Origin: Bdellovibrionales bacterium
GTDB lineage: Bacteria > Bdellovibrionota > Bdellovibrionia > Bdellovibrionales > DASUEL01
NCBI GenBank assembly: GCA_050250255.1
Contig: JBFWOZ010000028.1
Span: 1 to 38,623, forward strand
DNA: 38,623 nt
Reading direction: 5' to 3'
Shown one piece after another: positions 35,474 to 38,623 of this stretch. The notes under the pieces are model-generated. The model did no database searches, was not told where the DNA came from, and saw nothing but the letters and a program-made list of their open reading frames with translations. The position numbers and the translations under genes are program-made. Numbering within the stretch: position 1 is the stretch's first letter; the number at the start of each line of letters is the position of its first letter.

Positions 35474-35474
35474 A

Positions 35475-36530
35475 CTAAAAAGGATAAAAAAGATGAAGGT
35501 ACGAAAGCGTACCTTCAGGACCCGATGCTACATCAAGACGCATGGGAATTCCTGAACTCCACACGGCAGTAAGCCCACCGATCCAACTAATGTGGAGTTG
35601 ATCGTAAAGTATCGTCAACGTGCCATCGTTATACACACGACCCGCTTCCACGCCCGCGCTCAATTCTAATCTCTCAAGCGCACCGCCCGGACGCCAAAAA
35701 ATCCACCTGGGTTCAACGCCATAGAGAATGCTCGCAAAATCCGTGTAGCGACCAGGCTTAAAGGAGCGAAGGTAACTCTCCCCTCCAAGACGGGCTTGTC
35801 CAAAAAAGGGAGTGTCGCCCCCCCATACGCGCTCATGCCGAATCAAAAAACTGGTGCTGAGATTTCCTAGCGGCAAAATATGCTGAGCCTGCGCCAAATA
35901 GCGCATAAATTCGGGCTCTGCATGTTGATGTAAATTTTGTGAATAAGAAAATTCGAAAAGACTTCCTTGGGTAGGTGCGAAGTCTGACGCTTGAGTATCA
36001 TATAGAAGAAAAACTTCTATCGGTCGAAAGATGGTTCCATCACGATGCGGGGCTGAGGGATAGGTATGTCCAAATTGACGTGTCTCTTCGAGATTTCCAG
36101 AACCAATCTCTGTCTGTTCGTAAGCACCACCTACACCAATAATGGTATTATCGAAAACATAAAATCCCGCACGCGCACGTAAAAGGTGGCGCAATAAACT
36201 ATATTGAGTGGGATCATCTCGCGAGGTTCCATTCCCATAACCATAAAACATCAAATGCTTATGAAAACTATATCCGGCAAATGCCGAGAGATATAAAAAA
36301 TCATTATACTTTTTATGAAGAAAGCCTAAACCAAATTGCGACTGATGCTGATCAGATGCCACAAAACTTTGGCCATACAAAGTCCATTCGTTGACTAGCG
36401 CCACATCAAGGCCAGCACCAAGGCCCGAATCTCCATCGACACTGATTCGCGGAAGCAGGAGAATTCCATTGCTCTCTTGAGCGTGGAGATAAGGAATAAA
36501 AAGAAAATTTAAAAAAAACAGAAGCTTCAA
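35475..36530 (-). CDS. Omp85 (BamA/TamA) family outer-membrane barrel without POTRA domains
   Basis: Signal peptide, YDT-x-x-x-x-FAPTQG, LGGESYLRSF (VRGF-like loop), terminal Phe; TTG start immediately follows the upstream stop. Confidence 0.75.
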   Translation of the reverse strand: MKLLFFLNFLFIPYLHAQESNGILLLPRISVDGDSGLGAGLDVALVNEWTLYGQSFVASDQHQSQFGLGFLHKKYNDFLYLSAFAGYSFHKHLMFYGYGNGTSRDDPTQYSLLRHLLRARAGFYVFDNTIIGVGGAYEQTEIGSGNLEETRQFGHTYPSAPHRDGTIFRPIEVFLLYDTQASDFAPTQGSLFEFSYSQNLHQHAEPEFMRYLAQAQHILPLGNLSTSFLIRHERVWGGDTPFFGQARLGGESYLRSFKPGRYTDFASILYGVEPRWIFWRPGGALERLELSAGVEAGRVYNDGTLTILYDQLHISWIGGLTAVWSSGIPMRLDVASGPEGTLSYLHLFYPF

Positions 36531-37502
36531 TTAGAACCTCATATCCACAAGAGGAAGACGAATGGTTGCTTCATCTCCAGTGGCGTAAGATGCCATAAAA
36601 ATCATCACGTCCCACCAGGTGTGAATAAAAATACTCTCGCTCAGTGTCCAATCTCTTTTTTGTGTTACAAACCCTAAATAAAATCCCATGAGAGCTTGAG
36701 GCCATGGTTGCGACACCGTTCCTAAATGTGCGGCGGCAAAAAGGCCTGAAGTTGTCACGTTCGCAAGCACGGCATTATCCAAGTAGTGATGACTGACTGG
36801 CATAATCCATCCACGAAAAAGTGCCTCTTCGTGAGTTCCGGCATTGAATGAAAAAGCTCCTGAATAAAAAACGTCTGAACTGTTTAAGGATTTCAGCTTT
36901 GTTCTTTCTTGTTGGACCATAAGACCCACCAAGGCGGCCCCCACTCCCAAGGGTAAAATTGTCGTAGGCCGCAACAAATAATCAAATCGAAAAGGGGCGA
37001 CGAGCAAATCCGTTGGACTCTCTTCTTTTTTTAGAAAAAGAAATTGTCCATTCGCCTGTCTCGTTTTCACCGCCGTTCGAAAACTGTGGTAGGCGCTGAA
37101 ACCTCCTGAAGCTTGTATCAGTTGTGAACCCAAATTGTACTGTCTGACTTTTTCATTTCGGGAATTGTGACTCGAATCACGACGGTATTCATTCGCGGCA
37201 TTACGAGCTACGAGATATCCTCCTAAGGCCACTCCCGTATAAGCCGCACCGTAAAGATACTGCCCCTCCCAATACTGATCAAAACCCGGAATTAAAAAAC
37301 TCAGCAAAGGAGGTAAAAGAAATTTTCGTGACCGTTGAGGCTCTGAAGAAGGCTCAAAAGCTTTTGTGGGAGAAAATTCGTCTTCCGCTTGAATCGTGCG
37401 CGAAATCGAATCACCCGTAAGATAACTGGGCGCTGGTGGAGCATTCGCCCCTGCTTGCTGACAAAGGAAGATGAAAAGAAACGTAGCTACTTTCATCCCC
37501 AA
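36531..37502 (-). CDS. CPBP (Abi/CAAX) intramembrane glutamic endopeptidase
   Basis: HEEALFRG (EExxxR), FAAAH, HTWWD motifs; N-terminal signal peptide and LSFLIPG segment. Confidence 0.85.
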   Translation of the reverse strand: MGMKVATFLFIFLCQQAGANAPPAPSYLTGDSISRTIQAEDEFSPTKAFEPSSEPQRSRKFLLPPLLSFLIPGFDQYWEGQYLYGAAYTGVALGGYLVARNAANEYRRDSSHNSRNEKVRQYNLGSQLIQASGGFSAYHSFRTAVKTRQANGQFLFLKKEESPTDLLVAPFRFDYLLRPTTILPLGVGAALVGLMVQQERTKLKSLNSSDVFYSGAFSFNAGTHEEALFRGWIMPVSHHYLDNAVLANVTTSGLFAAAHLGTVSQPWPQALMGFYLGFVTQKRDWTLSESIFIHTWWDVMIFMASYATGDEATIRLPLVDMRF

Positions 37503-37557
37503 AGGATATCACTCCTTGAGAATACAGCCACGTGGACTTAGGTCTGACTTTTAAAGA

Positions 37558-38322
37558 TTAAAGTTGGAGGGTAAAGCCACCAATAAAGTACCAACCGCGT
37601 GTTTTACTAGAAGCGCCACCTGCACCAGCTTGCGGCTTATGACTTTTCCAAGAGCGACCAGCCTCAATGTTTCCATAGAGTTTTTCTGTCTCCATCAAAT
37701 GCATTGTTTTAATGCGCTTACGGAAACCTAAACCAAGTCCTGACGCATGCGTGTGCTCCGCATCGAAATCTAAAAGATTATCTCCATCGTTTTCCATGAT
37801 GTACATATATCGACCATTCACATACACGCTACGAATTCCTGCAAACGCGAGAGGAGCGACGTTCACAACTCCTCCCCAACCATAGCCAACTTTTGTTGTT
37901 GCGCCCGGAGAAATGGACGCGGATCCCATCACTTCTAAGGATTGTTTGAGGGTCGTTAAACCAAGTTTAATGGCCATATAATTGATCGCGCCACCTTTTG
38001 CTCCGCCACCCACTTCTACACCACTCATACCACGGGTAGGATAGTTATCCTGTGCTTGTTGTTTTTGAGTTGGCTTTGTCGTTTCTGGAATAAATGAGAC
38101 CACCATCGAGTGGGGTTCAATACGGCCTAAATTGTCTGCTAAAACAACCACCGTAGGTTTCTCTGTTTCGGCAGAATTCTGCGCCGCTAATTCCATAGCT
38201 GCCTCAACATACTTTTGCGCGTCCTGAGGAATTTCTTTTTGCATTTGAATTTCAAGAGCCGAAGAAGATAAAGGCCATGTCGATAAAAGTGACAGTGCAA
38301 GTAGGGCTTTCAAAGAGAACAT
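37558..38322 (-). CDS. Putative small outer-membrane beta-barrel protein
   Basis: Signal peptide ending SSA; Gly/aromatic alternating strands; C-terminal GWYFIGGFTLQL. Confidence 0.7.
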   Translation of the reverse strand: MFSLKALLALSLLSTWPLSSSALEIQMQKEIPQDAQKYVEAAMELAAQNSAETEKPTVVVLADNLGRIEPHSMVVSFIPETTKPTQKQQAQDNYPTRGMSGVEVGGGAKGGAINYMAIKLGLTTLKQSLEVMGSASISPGATTKVGYGWGGVVNVAPLAFAGIRSVYVNGRYMYIMENDGDNLLDFDAEHTHASGLGLGFRKRIKTMHLMETEKLYGNIEAGRSWKSHKPQAGAGGASSKTRGWYFIGGFTLQL

Positions 38323-38376
38323 ATTAAATCCTTTTCTATTTATTTACAGTGCGTGGTGATTGATGAACGTCATAAG

Positions 38377-38392
38377 AGCAATCTCAGTGCCA
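38377..38392 (-). promoter_or_regulatory. sigma54 (RpoN) promoter
   Basis: Minus strand TGGCAC-TGAGA-TTGCT, exact -24/-12 consensus, 55 nt upstream of the ATG at 38322. Confidence 0.8.
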
Positions 38393-38404
38393 AAAATCCT
38401 AATC

Positions 38405-38623
38405 TAGGGCTGTGTTTAGCTAATCCCTTAGGGTTTCGTTGATTTTGCTTTTGAAATATCAAGGCGCGACGACGAAGGACTGGCAAAGCCAATTCGAGGA
38501 GGAAGCAACGCTGGTATTTCAAAAGCAAAATCAACCCGGAGGGCGCATTTTATTTTCCTTTCTTCTTTGTTGCTCGTCGTCGACATAACAACCAGTATGT
38601 CTCCTCCTCGTCGCCTCGAAGAA
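38405..38623. mobile_element. Palindromic MITE-like element (family C), truncated by the window end
   Basis: Perfect 21-bp inverted repeat 38438-38458 / 38515-38535 around an AAGGCG..GACGACGAAG..TCGAGGAGGAAGCAAC core; an inverted, diverged second copy of the core at ~38566-38623. Confidence 0.65.

Overview
Bacterial chromosomal window at moderate GC, most likely a Bdellovibrionota (predatory, former Deltaproteobacteria) genome. That assignment is inferred from gene order and protein content, not from a database search. The backbone is housekeeping: tyrS, rny, 5-formyl-THF cyclo-ligase, zapA, ftsY, smc, ppdK, homodimeric GlyRS, Mrp/ApbC, two lytic transglycosylases, greB and uvrC. An accessory block between zapA and ftsY (4.9-10.4 kb) carries a Na/Pi cotransporter, an orphan secreted protein, a MazF-type toxin-antitoxin pair and a Cys-rich repeat lipoprotein. 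Secreted or outer-membrane orphans occur at 21.7-23.5, 28.7-30.4 and 33.6-38.3 kb. I found no tRNA, rRNA, CRISPR array, integrase or transposase. The most interesting signals are non-coding: (i) a stand-alone structured transcription unit at ~22.36-22.62 kb with promoter, 26-codon sORF and terminator, while the usual 6S RNA slot between zapA and the cyclo-ligase is empty; (ii) at least three families of palindromic REP/MITE-like elements with compensatory changes, one pairing the GlyRS stop codon with the ppdK Shine-Dalgarno; (iii) local third-codon-position skew next to some of these elements; (iv) recurrent sigma28-like boxes implying leaderless mRNAs, sigma54-like boxes and a TCTCA-N3-TGAGA palindrome.
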